Source: Eledone cirrhosa (Eukaryota). Taken from it: 64,000 nucleotides of DNA. A model generated the notes under the pieces. It saw only the letters and a program-made list of their open reading frames with translations. It made no database searches and was not told where the DNA came from. The position numbers were made by a program, and so were the translations under genes. The stretch lies in assembly GCA_964016885.1 (NCBI GenBank), contig OZ024742.1, forward strand, positions 96,410,001-96,474,000, in the 5' to 3' direction. Of this stretch, positions 15,041 through 29,449 are shown in pieces (position 1 is the stretch's first letter; each line of letters begins with the position of its first letter).

Positions 15041-16268
15041 TTAGGTTGGATAGAAATTTCTTATCCTTTTCCAAATTGTTATTGACTTTGGCATTTTGTA
15101 ACATTAGGAAAATTTTACAAGTCAAAATAATCAACATCATTTGCAATTACCATCTGCTATTGTTTAGGAAGGCACATAATTCCATCACTCTATAATACTT
15201 TTGGCTTCGATGTAAAGAAATCTGTCAACTGCTGATTTAACTGCTCTTCATTGTCAAAGGTCTTTAATTACATTGCAATGCACATTGAGAGAAAAAAAGG
15301 TGATAGTCTGTAGGCAGGATGTCAAGCGAATATGGCAGGTGCGGCAGAACCTCCCAACCTAGCTCTAGCAGCTTTTTATGGGTCATCCTTGATGTATGTG
15401 GCCAAGTGAAGAAATCAAACAGTAACATGGTCTGGGTGCAACTATGTGATTTTTGCTACTAATCAGTCATGTAGTGGGCAATAGAGATCAGAGATTGTGA
15501 TCAGTGAGAGCAGCTCATAAAGGATGACACCTTTCCAGTCCCACTAGATGCTCAGTACAGCCTTGCAAGGGTGGAGGTCAGCATTTGCTTGCCCTTGTAG
15601 CACACCATCTTTATCAACCCCCCAATTGTTTGCACTTGACATTAATGAAGAGACACCATCTTTCATGATAATGGAACATAGCAAGTTGGTTTTTTAATGG
15701 TAGAAGAGCAGAGAAGTCATAGCTGCTGCCCAAAATTCACAATTATGCTCAATCAGATTATGGGGCACCCATTGGTCCAAATTCAATACCTTCCCTATTG
15801 CATGCAAGTGATTGTGTAGGGTTGTCTTTGATGCCCCAATCACTTCAGAGTGTTGACATGATGTCTGGCATGTAATGGCTTTCACCAGCTCATGCAGTTG
15901 CTCATCATTAAAGTCAGAGGACATCCTATGCGAGGTCAATCTTCAAGCTTGTAATCCTCAGAATTGAACCAATTCCTGGCACTGTGTTCAGACATGGTGT
16001 GTGACACAAATGCATTGTTAATGTCATGACTCGATGCAGCTGCACTTAAACCAGATTCAAAGTCATTAAATAAATTACCATGAATAGACAATTTGGATAG
16101 ATCCATGCTGCTTCTTCTTTGACGATGTAACAGAAAATGAGAAATGCACACAGTACATACCAACATGACTTCTTGTATATGTGTGCATGTGCAACCTTCA
16201 TCTTTTCCAGAAAACTCTAGGAAAATACCACCTTATGAAAAATGGCAGGAACTTTCTCTCCAACACAA
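15041..16268 (-). mobile_element. Decayed mariner (Tc1/mariner) DNA transposon
   Basis: ~1.23 kb with imperfect TIRs (ttaggttgg.../...ccaacacaa) and TA on both sides. Fragments include WF..LED, HL..IGKV..LDQWVPHNL and PHLPYSLDILPTDYHLF (YSPDLAPSDYHLF motif). Confidence 0.9.
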
Positions 16269-18279
16269 TAATTATATTTAAATTTTATGGTGATTTATGC
16301 ATGCTCTTAACTTCTGATATATGGCATGCCTTACACAATTATACCTAACAGAGCCAATCCCTCTCTATGTCTGAACACAGCCAATTTCTTCCAGAGAGAA
16401 AAGGAGAAAGAGAAGGAGTGAAAATATTTATATAGTGGAAGAATCGTCCTCAGAATTGGTCTGGCAGTTTATATATTTACTTTGAAAGTATGCAAGTCAA
16501 AGTTGAACCTGATGAGATTTGAAATCAGAGCACAGAGAGCCAGAATGAATAACAGAAAGCATTCTATTCCATGTTATAATAACTCTGCCAATTCACTGCC
16601 TTCAGGATGTTTTATAAGAATATTAAATTAACCTCAATACTTAACAGGAAAGATGAAAGATTAAATGTTAGCGTGATTTGAACTTTGAATATAATTGTTG
16701 TTAGATATGAATTATATAAAGTACAAAATATGATGCAAATCTTCTCATAGGCATGAATTTAATAATGAAAGAACCACATATTTTTACTTACTTCACTTAT
16801 ATATTAGATCTATTCTGTTTTGAGCAGTAAACTGTTCTGTGATTTCACCATACAATGTACATCTTTGCTTCAATTGCATCAGTAAACTCTGATTCAGTAG
16901 AGAGTAATCTGAGGCCACTTAGTCTTACCTGGCTTTGTGATCCACATAAGCAAGCATCTATTCATTTGAGAGCAGGAAATGTGTGATCTGTTGAAGCAAT
17001 GTTGCAAGGTATGGTTAGAACGAACTCACCCAGTTGAAATACTTCTTTGAAACCCCAATGTGTTATTTTTCTCTACCATCAACTCAATTAGTTGATGTGT
17101 ATGTTTCGCTTTCGTTATAACTCAGAGCATGCACACAGCATAAGAATTTCTTTTCTCAAATGAAAACTATCAAAGAGAAAGGTATAGAAATCCTTCAGCT
17201 TAGTTTGTGAGTGATCAGGGAATTTAATATTATGCCTTTCATATTTCTCCTGCCAAAGCAGTCGGAAAACATAGGCTTTGAAAATTAAGATTACCAAAAC
17301 TCAATCTGCATGCATAAGTTGTCTCCTATATCCCAATACAATCCAAAATGAAAAGGGTTTTGCATCACCTTCCATTAACCTAGGACTTTTACACCTTTGG
17401 TTTGCATATGATTTATATTTTTTGAAAAGAGCAGAATTCCACAAATCTTTTACATTCTCTCATGCTTAAGTTGTTGCAATATATCGTTTATCATCTTGCA
17501 ACAGCAATCTTTACCCTGAAGCACATTCTAAAAATATGAGCATAGTCAAACAGTTTTGAAAAAATTTCAATTGCCAAAATAATTTGAAAATGTTGCAGAA
17601 AGAAAATTCCTATGCCTATGCAGTAGAGTAATTCACCTAAAATTCAGTGTTTTTCATTATGTTCTATATTTTTTTTGCAGTAAACCATGACAATGCAGGG
17701 TAGAAAGGATCATTTAGCCCTGTCAAGAAATTAACATTCTCTCTTGTGCTAGTGCCATAATAAAATGCACCAAATACACTCTGTGAAGTAGTTCACAATT
17801 GTAAGGAGACAATATAGGTTAGAGAGGACTCTTTAGTCAAACTGAAGAAATGGCAACCTATCAAACATTGTTGCTATCTTCTGTAAAGAAGATGGTTATA
17901 GGAAGGTCATCCAGTCATAGGAATCAGGCCAAAATATGAATCCTGCAGGTAGGTCGTGGTTCAACACTCTATCTAGTCTTAAACTGTGACAGCCTGACCA
18001 ATCTATGGCAGCATAGAAAACAATGTAAAATGAGGATGATTTTGTTCACACGAGATGTATAATTCTATCTAATTGAGGCAACAGCGACTAATTTCTGGCA
18101 ACAAATTCCTGTAGAGCATGCACCTTTAGAAAACTACAACAAAAAGAAAATGCTGCCATGCCACTCAAGCTTTGAAAGAAAATTCTGGTGCTACATTGAA
18201 ACCTCTGCTACACAGAAACTATTTACATAGTCTTCTCAAGGAGTAGATTCTTCAGTCACATTGTTGACTGAACAACCTC

Positions 18280-18750
18280 TTTAGTGCTGCTGCTATCATA
18301 ACATGGATGAAGTACACTGTATAAAATGGTTGGTGTGAAGAACATCCAGCTATAGACACTACATGAACAGAAGGTTGAACGGACTAGTACTGGTGCTCTT
18401 ATAAAATGCTCCCAGTACACTCTGTAAATTGGTTGGTATTAGGTGGGGTAGCCAGCTGTAGAAACCATGTCAAAAAAGGGTTAAAATGACTCTTTAGTTG
18501 TCTCGAGGAAACAATTTTTCTAGTGCTGGTGTCTTGATAAAATGAATCCAGCTCACTCTGTAAAGTGGTTGATGTTAGGAAGAGGATTCAACTGTAGAAA
18601 CCATGCTAAAACTGGAATGTATATAGATGAGATATGGATCTTAGCTCATCTAAGAGAACAGTTGTTCTGAGAAAGTACTGGCCTGTTCTGTAGCAACACA
18701 TCCAACCTATGCCAGCAGGGAAAGTGAATGTAAAAGAAGGACGTTAATGA
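18280..18750 (+). repeat. Tandem SINE-B-derived internal units
   Basis: Three copies of cagtacactctgtaaagtggttggtgttagg..cagctgtagaaaccatg. A similar minus-strand array lies at ~19715-20010. Confidence 0.6.
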
Positions 18751-21728
18751 TAATGTTGAGTGCTCCATAAGTCTGCCCGACTAAATTGTCTTGAATATAA
18801 ATATCCTCTACCATCTTTACAATATATCTGAAAAGATCAAGCAGGAATAACAGTAATTTTAGCAAATATTTCATATACCTTCAGAGTTGTACTTGTTTTG
18901 CAAGAGGTTTCAACAGATGCATTGTGAGCAAAATGTTGACAGAAATAAATAAATGATAAATATAAAGTCAATTTAACATTTTCTTTTATGTATTTTTATG
19001 GATAAGATGACTCTTCCACAATTTAAATCCTTCATACGCCTGGCTATTATGAAAATATAGAGAGCAGCTGTAGTTTTAATAATATATCTGTTTTATTAAG
19101 CTTAACCTTTTATACTTGATAACAATAAATAACATTGCTTGGATGATGTCAGTTTGTATAATTGGTGAAATTACTTGAAATAAACTCGAAGTAGAGGAAC
19201 GAGTATTCAAGAACGAATTTTATTCTTTGTGTAAATTAATTTATTCTAGGTACGGTGGGTATGAATTTTAAATGGTTTGAAATAGAGAAGGTTTGAATAT
19301 ATGCTGTCAGGAGTGTTTTTTTCTTTAACTTAAAAAAAAAGAAAAACCTGTCAAGCTCTTACCATCTTGTTCCACATAAAACCACATCTTGAATGTATGC
19401 GTTTTTTTTTTTAGATAATATGGGGTTTGGGGGAATCAATTAATTCTGTAAGATGTGACCTGACTATAATTACCCTTATTAGATGAAGAAATGAACTCAC
19501 TATGCCCTTCTGGTGAAAGCTATTGTTTTGATAATTTACACATTGCATCAATGATTCTCTTCAAAATTTCCATTGTTTTGTATTTGCTCATTCACCATTA
19601 TTATCATTTTACCTCCAATTTTCCCTGTTGGAATGCATTAAAAAAGTGAGCACTCAATCAGAGCTACTCTTTTTCTAAACAAGGCTTGGGTTGGGGAGCA
19701 TATATCAACTATTTTGGTATTGTTTCCACAGTTGGATACCTTCATAACTCCAACCACTATACTTAGTGTACTGAGTACATTTGATCATGAGATAAGCACT
19801 ACCAATTTACAGAGTGTACTGGGTGCATTTTATCATGTTGACATACCTCGCATTCCATATTTTGGTATGGTTTCCACAGTTGGAGGCTCTTCCTAACACC
19901 AACCACTTTACAGAGTGTACTGGGTATGTATTATGATGGCAACAACACTACCACTTTACAGAGAGTAGTGGGTGCTTTTTATGGTGGCACCAGTACTTCA
20001 CTTTGCAGAATGCACCATACATGTGTGTGTGTGTGAGTGTTTATGTTATCGTTATTTTCTTAGAACAGAAGGTAAATTGCCAGGTATTTTATCTCAGTTT
20101 TGTTTTTCCTCTATATTACATATAAAATGTATAACACTAACCATCCTTTGACATCACACTACCATTTAGTAACAGGAATAACACACACACACTCACTCAC
20201 CCACTCACACAACTATTTTAGTAGAAGAACTCACTAACCTTTCTTTTCTTTATCTTTTGGGTTTCATTTTTTGTTATTTTATGTTTCTATCTCTATTATT
20301 ATTTCTATTGTTCATCAAATAGACTTCCAAGCCTGTAATTAAGTTCAGTTGTTCAGAGAGAAAATATTACATTCCTCTCCACTCCTACAACCTCTTCACT
20401 CTTGCTAGAGTCGGGTGAGAAGTATTTTTTCTTCTTGTATATATATCTATTGTTTTCTTTGTTTTAATAAATTTATTTCTCTATTTTTATGTTTATTACA
20501 AGATAAGAGCTGATGCTTTATTATTGGCTAATTTTTCAAGAAGAAAAATTGTTGTTCTTTAACACCAGGTCAGCTCTGTTCTGGTAGGTCTATCATCAAA
20601 GGTTCTATGACCATCCCATAAGTTTGGTTGTCTGTGAGTACATTATTCAATGTGTACTTTTATAACCTTTTTCATACCAAACCACCTGAAACCACTCATG
20701 AATCAATGATAGAAAACTGTTAAGTTTTCATGTTTGAAAAAATTGTTCATCATAATTTCATGTAAAAACTTTTAAGTATTGTTCCAGGCACCAACTTTAC
20801 AATGAAGTTATTTTAATAAATTCCACCAAATTCTTAATTATTGATAGAATTGTTTGAAAATCATTGGCAGTGTTAGTCGGCTTGTCATACCACTTCATTT
20901 CTTGTTTATATACTGTTACTCATATAAACTTTGTACCTACTTCCCTAATGTCTTCTTTCCTACTTACTAAAACTCTTTGCCAGGTTAAACCTGAACCCTT
21001 TAATTCTAAGTATTGTTTTCATAACAAGAATGTACTCCCTTGCTCTTCCACAAATTTAGCAATAAGATCCTGATAATCCCCATACAGAAATTTCCCTGCA
21101 CAACCAGTTTTCCTCTTCCTCTTTACCCACTTATTCCTGAAAGAGTTATGGGAGACAGAGTGCTCAGACATGCCTTCCAGAGAGTTTTCTCTGAAGCGAC
21201 TGTCTCCAAATGATATTGGGTTAAAAAACTTTCTGGATTAATCAGTTTAATTTCTTTATTGTTGCTCTTTTTTAGAATAGCACCTTTCCCTTGTAAGAAT
21301 GAATGTTTATGTTGTTTTTCATGACATAACTGGGGTTCCTACTATTAAGACATTTAAAAGACAACCTCGGAGAATGCAACCTTGTACAAGACCAGCTAAA
21401 CCTACATTACTGTGAGCTGTAATTGCCACACAAATAAACTAAACAAATGAACACCCACTACCATTCACACACACACACACATATATATAGGAATGTACAA
21501 ATGAAATCGTCTTTCTTGCTTATTATTATTATTATAATTATTGAGTCTTTTAGCTCGCTCCCGTAGGTTCACTTATTTACCTATCAAAACTGATTTATTG
21601 ATTTTTTTGTTGTTGTGTAAGGCATACAAGCCCTTGGACTTTGCCTTGTGAAGGGGAAAGACAAATATGTGGGCCTTTTGGCCCAAATATTTGAACTTTT
21701 AAAAAATTATTGAGAAAAAAAAAATCAT

Positions 21729-22032
21729 GGCTTGCAAGGGTGGGACAGGAACTGATTCTGGCTTGATTTCTACAGCTGGATGCCCTTCCTAACACCAACC
21801 TCATTTACAGTGAGTGCTGGGTGCTTTTTTGCCGTGGCACCACCACGACCACTTTGCAGTGGAATGATATGGACCCCAGTCCCTATCATCTCATTTCTAC
21901 AGCTGAGTAAACTGGAGCAATGTGAAATAAAGTGCCTTGCTCAAGGAAACAACACATCGCCTGGTCTGAGAATTGAACTCACAACCTTTCGATTGCAAGG
22001 CCAATGCTCTAACCACTAAGCCATGTGCCTCC
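21729..22032 (-). mobile_element. SINE family B copy
   Basis: Reverse complement of 54213-~54515. Confidence 0.88.
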
Positions 22033-23175
22033 AGATAATGATGTATATATATACATATATTATCATTATTTTAATGTCCACTTTCTCTGCTAGCTAAAGT
22101 TGAATCAGTCTCCATAGACCAAGTCAGTACTAAGGTGGGACTACTGACTTTCGACACAGGCCAGGTGTTTGCATCTCACTTACATATGGCCTCATTTTCT
22201 CACTGAGTGCACAGGTGATGATCACATGTCTTTGACACAACTGAAGGGTCCTCCCAACCCTTTGTTTGGCAAGCTTTCTATGGTTGGATGCCCTTCCTAT
22301 CCCCTACATATATATATGTGTAATTCACCAAAGGCATACCTTGCCATATTTTTGTCTCTGTCTGCTTTGATACGATCCAATATGCGTGGAAATGAATGGT
22401 TTCTACCTTAATGCACCAAAACCGTAGTGATTTCCAGAGGTTGACTGAGAAGATGGAGCTGTACGTTTTTCCATTGTTTTTGTACTGTGCACCCCCTCCT
22501 TTATTTTGAATTCATATTCTAGGCACTTAGCTTTTTCTTTTGAAACTATCATATAATAGAAGTCACAGTGCCCAGTTTGTCTTCCTCTATTTTCCTGTCT
22601 TGCCTTTTCATTCACCTCCCTGTGAAATACAATTTCAGACTTAAGGGTAGTTTTGCATAATAATAATATATTGGTTGCACAATTATTTGACAGAATAAAC
22701 CATGGAAAGGTGTATGTGAGACACTTATATATAAACATAATTATATTGAGGTGACTGGCTCTCTGCTGTACTACCAATACAAGCACTTTGACATTAAATG
22801 TGAATATGACAAGAGAACAGAGACCCCATAGTGTGGAATGGCCCTTATATATTGAAACAATACAATAATCTAAAGAGATAACATTAACTGTGTAATATTG
22901 AAGGAATAAACGCTATAATATTTACATGCTCGCAATACATCCACACTGAGCACACTTTCATATATGTACATGCACATATATACATAAACATTGACAATGA
23001 ATGTCTATTATTGTTAAAGCAATTCACTGAAGCTTCTGTAGTACATCCCCAGTTTAGCCAATTCAGGGTATTTCAAGGATTCGAAGATAAGAAGATATGA
23101 CTAAAAAGTATATATCTTGAATCAGAATGAACTCAATATGATATATATTTATTTATATACACACCACACACACAC

Positions 23176-23240
<65 letters not shown>

Positions 23241-23279
23241 ATATTTAATAAATGGAAACTATATTTATAAAACCATATT

Positions 23280-23340
23280 TATTCTATTATATATATTTCA
23301 AGGGTACCAAAACTTTGGTATGCTTTCATCAGATAAAATA
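23280..23340 (-). ncRNA. Minimal type I hammerhead ribozyme (mirror copy)
   Basis: Reverse complement of 23474-23534 within the palindrome. Confidence 0.88.
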
Positions 23341-23473
23341 CAAAGTTTGTTTTATAAATTTTGACATAACCAAGAAAAGATACCTTAACGGTTCACGTTT
23401 TTCTATCTTAGAAAAACTTGAACCGTTAAGGTATCTTTTCTTGGTTATGTCAAAATTTATAAAACAAACTTTG

Positions 23474-23534
23474 TATTTTATCTGATGAAAGCATACCAAA
23501 GTTTTGGTACCCTTGAAATATATATAATAGAATA
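23474..23534 (+). ncRNA. Minimal type I hammerhead ribozyme
   Basis: tattttat-CTGATGA-[aag.ca.taccaaa gt tttggta.cc.ctt]-GAAA-tatata-TA-atagaata; 8-bp stem I with one G-U pair. Confidence 0.88.
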
Positions 23535-23680
23535 AATATGGTTTTATAAATATAGTTTCCATTTATTAAATATCATTGAATATTATACTCCAGAAACCTG
23601 TCGAGTGCTCTGAATCAGTTATAAAAATGTATATTTGTTGAATTACAAACAAATTGAATATCCCTTTTGCTTATATATAC

Positions 23681-23711
<31 letters not shown>

Positions 23712-24320
23712 GATATATATATATATATATATATATAAGTTTATCCCGGCTTCAATCAGGGGTAATATATATGTATGTTTATATGTTTATATGTTCTTCT
23801 TAATGTGTGGGTTTAGCGGGAGTCTATGTGTACGACTTTCATTATCTATGTGATTGTGTGTGTATGTGTATATGTGTATGTGTGCATGTGAGTGCACACG
23901 TGGATGTGTGAACAACCAAACACAGCATTAATTCATTGAAGTGTAACAGACGTGGGACCACGGAATGGTACCTGTGGTCAGAATTATGATGACGTAGACA
24001 ACCAGCGGCCAATCACTGGACACGCGAAGAGGATGAAATTGTTGACGGTACTGGCCCAGAGGGTCAGATACCTCAGTGAGAGAATATGCTCCAAAATCAT
24101 TAGACATGTCCGTCGTACCTGCGGGTCCAGAATCAAACAGATCCACACAATGATCGCATCTCGAGCTGTCCGTCGGCGAAACAATGGTAACACAATAAAT
24201 TGAGTTCAGATGCATCACTGATTTTTCGTTTTATATTATACCATACTCTGCTATGTAAGAGCAAAGAGTGCTCAACCGACATACCACCTATGGAAGCATC
24301 TTAGCTACCATCATACACAC

Positions 24321-24590
24321 ATCATCATCATCATCATCATCACCGTTTTACGTCCGTTCTTCCATGCTAGCATGGGTTAGACGGGTTGTCCTGTTGTGGG
24401 CAGTGTCTGGTCGGCTGACCATGCCTTGCTAATACCGGAATTGATTTTGGCTTGATTTCTACAACTGGATGCCCTTCCTAACACCAACCTCATTTACAGT
24501 GAGTGCTGGGTGCTTTTTTCCGTGGCGCCTACACATCCACTCTACAGTGTGGGCTGGGTGCCTTTTTGCCATGGCACCTCCACGACCACA
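24321..24590 (-). mobile_element. SINE family B-related 3' portion
   Basis: (CAT)n, ttttacgtccg, ggatgcccttcctaacaccaacc. Related copies at ~29448-29830, 55345-55560, 55991-56400 and 62741-62990. Confidence 0.75.
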
Positions 24591-25313
24591 TATATATATA
24601 CATACATAAATATATATACGGTGATGAATTTTTGCAAGGTTTTAGATATGAAATCGTGTGTTGAAACAAATATTATATTTGGGGAGGGTCATGTTACAAT
24701 ATTGCCAGAAATATATAATAAAACACACTCACTCTTTGGTTTGGGTTGGTTTTTGCTTCAATATATTTTATATTTCTATAATATATTTAGCTGGCAATAC
24801 ATGTTAATATATCGATATAAATATAATCTCTCAGAGTTCTTTCATTACACACCTGTGACATTATCAGTGAAACTATTAAGTTTACTCCCATTGTATTCAG
24901 GGTGTACAAAGGAGCTACAGAGAAATATAAGACACTCATAGAGATGGACATGAAAGGCATTTGCCTACTGCACAGGTAGCAGAAACTGTTTTCTGCTTCT
25001 ATGTAGTATACTCTGCTTCTCTATTTCTTCCATTTTTTCCATACCTTAATTGTCACATCTATATTATTGTTCAACCACCATCTTACTCTTCTTTTCTTCT
25101 CTCTATTGCCCTGCTCCATCCTCAGACCACATCTGTCGCCTTCAGTAGATTATCTTTTATCCTGATGCTGGTTTTAGGGATTTCTTCTTGGGAAAATATG
25201 GCAGATTATTATCATTATTACTATTATTGTCATAATTACCTTGGTATCTCATTCATTGCTGTCATCTAACTAGATAATTTGCCCTAATGAACATCAAGCC
25301 ACTACCTGCAACC

Positions 25314-25620
25314 TCATATATTCAGCACATATAGGAGTGTCCTTGCCATTCCCAGTATGCATGCATTCTGGGGTATTCCAAAAAAGGGAGCTGGTCTATT
25401 GTTCATTAACCAGCATTGGAAGCTCTTTGAGATAGTACCTAGTGCTTTTATGACGATGGAGATGACCTTGATCTCATGACATTTCCAAATCCTTTTCATT
25501 TCCCACTTTAAATCCTGTTACCAATTAATTTTCTCCTTCTCCTTTTCTTGTACTCTTGCAACAAAGTTGCAAGCTACATGTATAATCAAGGTCAAAGTGG
25601 CAAACTACATCTATAATTAT
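25314..25620 (-). mobile_element. Restriction-like-endonuclease non-LTR retrotransposon C-terminal fragment (R4/Dong/NeSL-type)
   Basis: E.KRIWK..IKVISIVIKALGTISK..QNACILGMARTLLYVL matches the V.PIVIGALG..LQK..LLGTARILR.VL pattern. Confidence 0.7.
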
Positions 25621-26145
25621 TATTATTTTTTCTTCAAGTGTTTCTACTTCATCACCCTCTGTTCCTCCATGTTTCTCATATATGAGTAGCATTGCACATT
25701 CTTACTTTTGTATGTGGGGATGCAGTATATTCTTGTCTCTTTTGTGCACTGCATAAGAATCTTTTTGTTATGGGGTTTGGTTTGTTATTATTATTCTTAT
25801 AATAATCAATAATAATAATAATAATATGAAGGTGTGTATAGTGTAATATTTGTTGTCATTGATGCTGTTGTTATTGTTGGTAGTAGTAGTTAGATTAAAA
25901 AGAGATTTCTTGATGTTAAGTATTTCCATTAGGATTATCATTACGATATTGATATTTTTGGTGGTGGTCATCGTGATGTGAGTGATGATAGTAGTAGAAT
26001 TCTGGTGGTGTTGATGATGTCATGGTAGGTGGTTAACAATACAACACACACACACACACTCACACACACATACACACACACACACAAATATATATGTATG
26101 TATATATATTTGTATGTATGAATATATATACATATATGTAAATAT

Positions 26146-26217
<72 letters not shown>

Positions 26218-26300
26218 ATGTATATTCATTTACATATATATATGTGTATGTATATATATATATATATATATACATACATATATACATGTATATATATATT

Positions 26301-26337
<37 letters not shown>

Positions 26338-26385
26338 GTGTATATATGTATATATATATGTGTATATATGTATATATATGTATAC

Positions 26386-26418
<33 letters not shown>

Positions 26419-26458
26419 TGTAAATATATATGTGTATATATGTATATATATATGATAC

Positions 26459-26564
<106 letters not shown>

Positions 26565-27676
26565 ATATATATATATATTGATATACGTATCAAATAACTT
26601 GTGGCTGAGATTTATAAGAATTTAAGTCATATTGATCTACTAAGTAGCAGCACCATTTGATCCTGGTAATTACCATGTCACTTCCTGATGTCTTTTGTGT
26701 TTCTCAGTGTTTCCCATCATACCCCTTCCCACCCCAACCCCTCATCCACTTTTACTTACTTCTATAAAATTTTGGGAGAAAAATTCATTTTTTTTTTTTT
26801 GTTTCCTACAAACCTTTTCTTTCTATCTTTCCTGCACCAACTATTTTATCCTTGATTCTTTCTTTCTTTCATTTTTCTTTATCTTTCTTTCCTTATCTCC
26901 TTCTTGGTAATTCTTTTGAATATTTGTTTATTTTTAAGGTTTTTCTGTTTCTTGTTGTTACTGTTGTAATTTTTGTTGGGGGTATTTTTGTTGTTGTTGG
27001 TGTTGTGGGTATTTTTGTTATTGTTATTGCTGTTTCCTTCCTTCTTGTTCCTTTGATCTTTCTTTCTTTCTCCAATGACATTTGCTTTCAGTTCTCCTTA
27101 TAACTGTTTATAACAACTGAAAAAATAACACAGACAACAACTGAAACAACAACAACCAAAATACAATAACAATGAAGACAACAACAAAGACATCAGCAAG
27201 AACCACAAACACAAGAAAATCAATGAAAGCAAATACAACACAAGATAAACAATAAAGACAAAAACAAAAAAATGACACACACAACAACAACTGAAACAAC
27301 AATAATTGTTTCTACTTTTGGCACAAGGCCAGCATTACCCAGTTCATTACTGGTACTTTATTTTATCAAACCCAACAATAATGATGAAAATATTAATAGT
27401 AATAACATAATCTGTATAAATTCTGAAAGATTAAAACAATCGTGAAAATAATATTTATAAACAAGAAACTACTGTGAATTTATCTATAGTTGACTATTAA
27501 CTCTCTCTTAGTTTCCCTCTACTCCCTCTCTCTCTAAACTTTGTTTAGAATCATCTTTTCTGACTCTCGCTTCTTATGTTATACCTCTCTCCTTTGTTAT
27601 TCCTATTATTTTATTTCTATTTCATATATGTGTTTGAGCAAATGTGTATATATGTACACACACACACATACAGACA

Positions 27677-27968
27677 TATCATCATCATCATCATCATCAT
27701 CATTTTACGTCCGCTTTTCCCTGCTTGCAAACGTGGGACGGGAACTGATTCTGGCTTGATTTCTACAGCTGGATGCACTTCCTAACACCAACCTCATTTA
27801 CAGTTAGTGCTAGGTGCTTTTTGTCCGTGGCACCTACACATCCATTTTACAGTGTGGGCTGGGTGCTTTTTTGGCGTGGCACCTACATGTCCATTTTGCA
27901 GTGGAATGATAGGGACCGACCCCAGTCCCTATCATCTCATTTCTACAGCTGAGTAAACTGGAGCAATG
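27677..27968 (-). mobile_element. SINE family B, 5'-truncated
   Basis: (CAT)n-ttttacgtccgc...ctgagtaaactggagcaatg, with an internal unit duplicated. Confidence 0.8.
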
Positions 27969-27979
27969 TATATATATAT

Positions 27980-28547
27980 CTAGGGCGGGTAAAATTTCCG
28001 AGTTCCATGGACGAGTTCTCTCCAGCGGTCTCTGTCCCTCATCATCGCTGCCATGTCCTGCGTCTCCACGTGACCAGTGTCTGTCCTTAGGGCATCAACA
28101 TACTTCAACCTCGGACTTTCTCTTCCAGTGTGTCTATGCAGGGGCTCCCACAGGAGCACTGAGTGCAGTGTCAAGTCTGGATGTATGTCAGTGAGCATTT
28201 CCAGCTAACCTCAGTCTCCTCTGTGCTATTCTCATGCTGACTTTTGGGAGGCTCCCGTACAGCTCTGAGTTCTTCATCCTCAGTGTATACTGATTACTGT
28301 TCAGAGACATCCTCAGCATTCTTGTGTAGAACCCATCCACCATCTCAGACTCACCAACACCAAAGCCCAAGTCATTACACTTGATGGGATGATGGAGTCC
28401 TTTGAGATTCTGGCTGGAGTGCTACAGGGAGATACATTGACTCCCTACCTTTTTATCATCGCAGTGGGCTATTGTATGCATCTTGCGCTAGAGAAACACC
28501 TGGCTTTACTGTAACACTGGCTCAGAGCAGGAGAGTTAAGGCGAAAA

Positions 28548-28550
<3 letters not shown>
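27980..28550 (-). mobile_element. RTE-like LINE fragment with 5' inversion, in (TA)n
   Basis: 27980-~28352(-) encodes DGFYTRMLRM..ELYG.LPKVS..RRLRLAG..VLLWEP..YVD.L..DTG. ~28356-28550(+) encodes NTKAQVITLDG..FEILAGVLQGDTLTPYLFII. Confidence 0.85.
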
Positions 28551-28628
<78 letters not shown>

Positions 28629-29375
28629 CTAATACATATATATATAGGCGGAAGTTCTAGCTTGCTTGAAGCATTGTGTTTCATATATAGAAGTTTGAAG
28701 GCCACAACAATGCAAAATGGATGAACAAGAAAATAAGTAAGCAAGATGCTTATTTGTTACCTTATTGATATTTGTTACCTTATTTATTTACCTGTCCTGA
28801 TATTCCGAGATAAAATCTCTTATTCTGAGGGAAATAACAAGGGACCAGTTCGGATTCGATGAATGCTCTATGCCATGCTGCTGAAAGCTGTGAACATATG
28901 TGAGGGTGGAGAGTAAGGTGGCATAAGGTTCTATCCCTATTTTATTTTTAATTATATTATAGGTCATGCAGGAGAGTTCAAGAGGCTACAGAATTCGATT
29001 ATCTTTATAAATGTCCATATAGTTTTTCATACTTATTATTTTCAAAAACATTTATGAAAGACTAGTATTTGTTTTGATTTAGCATATATTTAATTAGATT
29101 TATTTTAATGGGTGATAGATGAAATCAGAATAAATACCAAACATTAGGTAAAACTCCAATGGTTCTTATATCTTTAGGGAGTTGGGTTTTCAACTTTCAA
29201 AATTTATCCGTAGAAATATGTGAAACTTTTCTTATATAAATATATATGTCAATATGTATAAGCCCCTTCTCCCACATAAATATATGTAATATAAAGAATA
29301 TATAAACATATCCATATAAGTGATCAAAATACCTACCTACAAACATGCATATAAAAATATTATTATTGAAATATG

Positions 29376-29449
<74 letters not shown>

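Larger units (their letters stand above)
23236..23672 (+). mobile_element. ORF-less fold-back element (inverted PLE pLTR pair) with HHRs, in (TA)n
   Basis: Near-perfect palindrome 23236-23578 centred at 23407 (~170-bp arms, 3-nt loop). A unique ~95-bp tail follows on the right. (TA)n on both sides. Confidence 0.85.
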
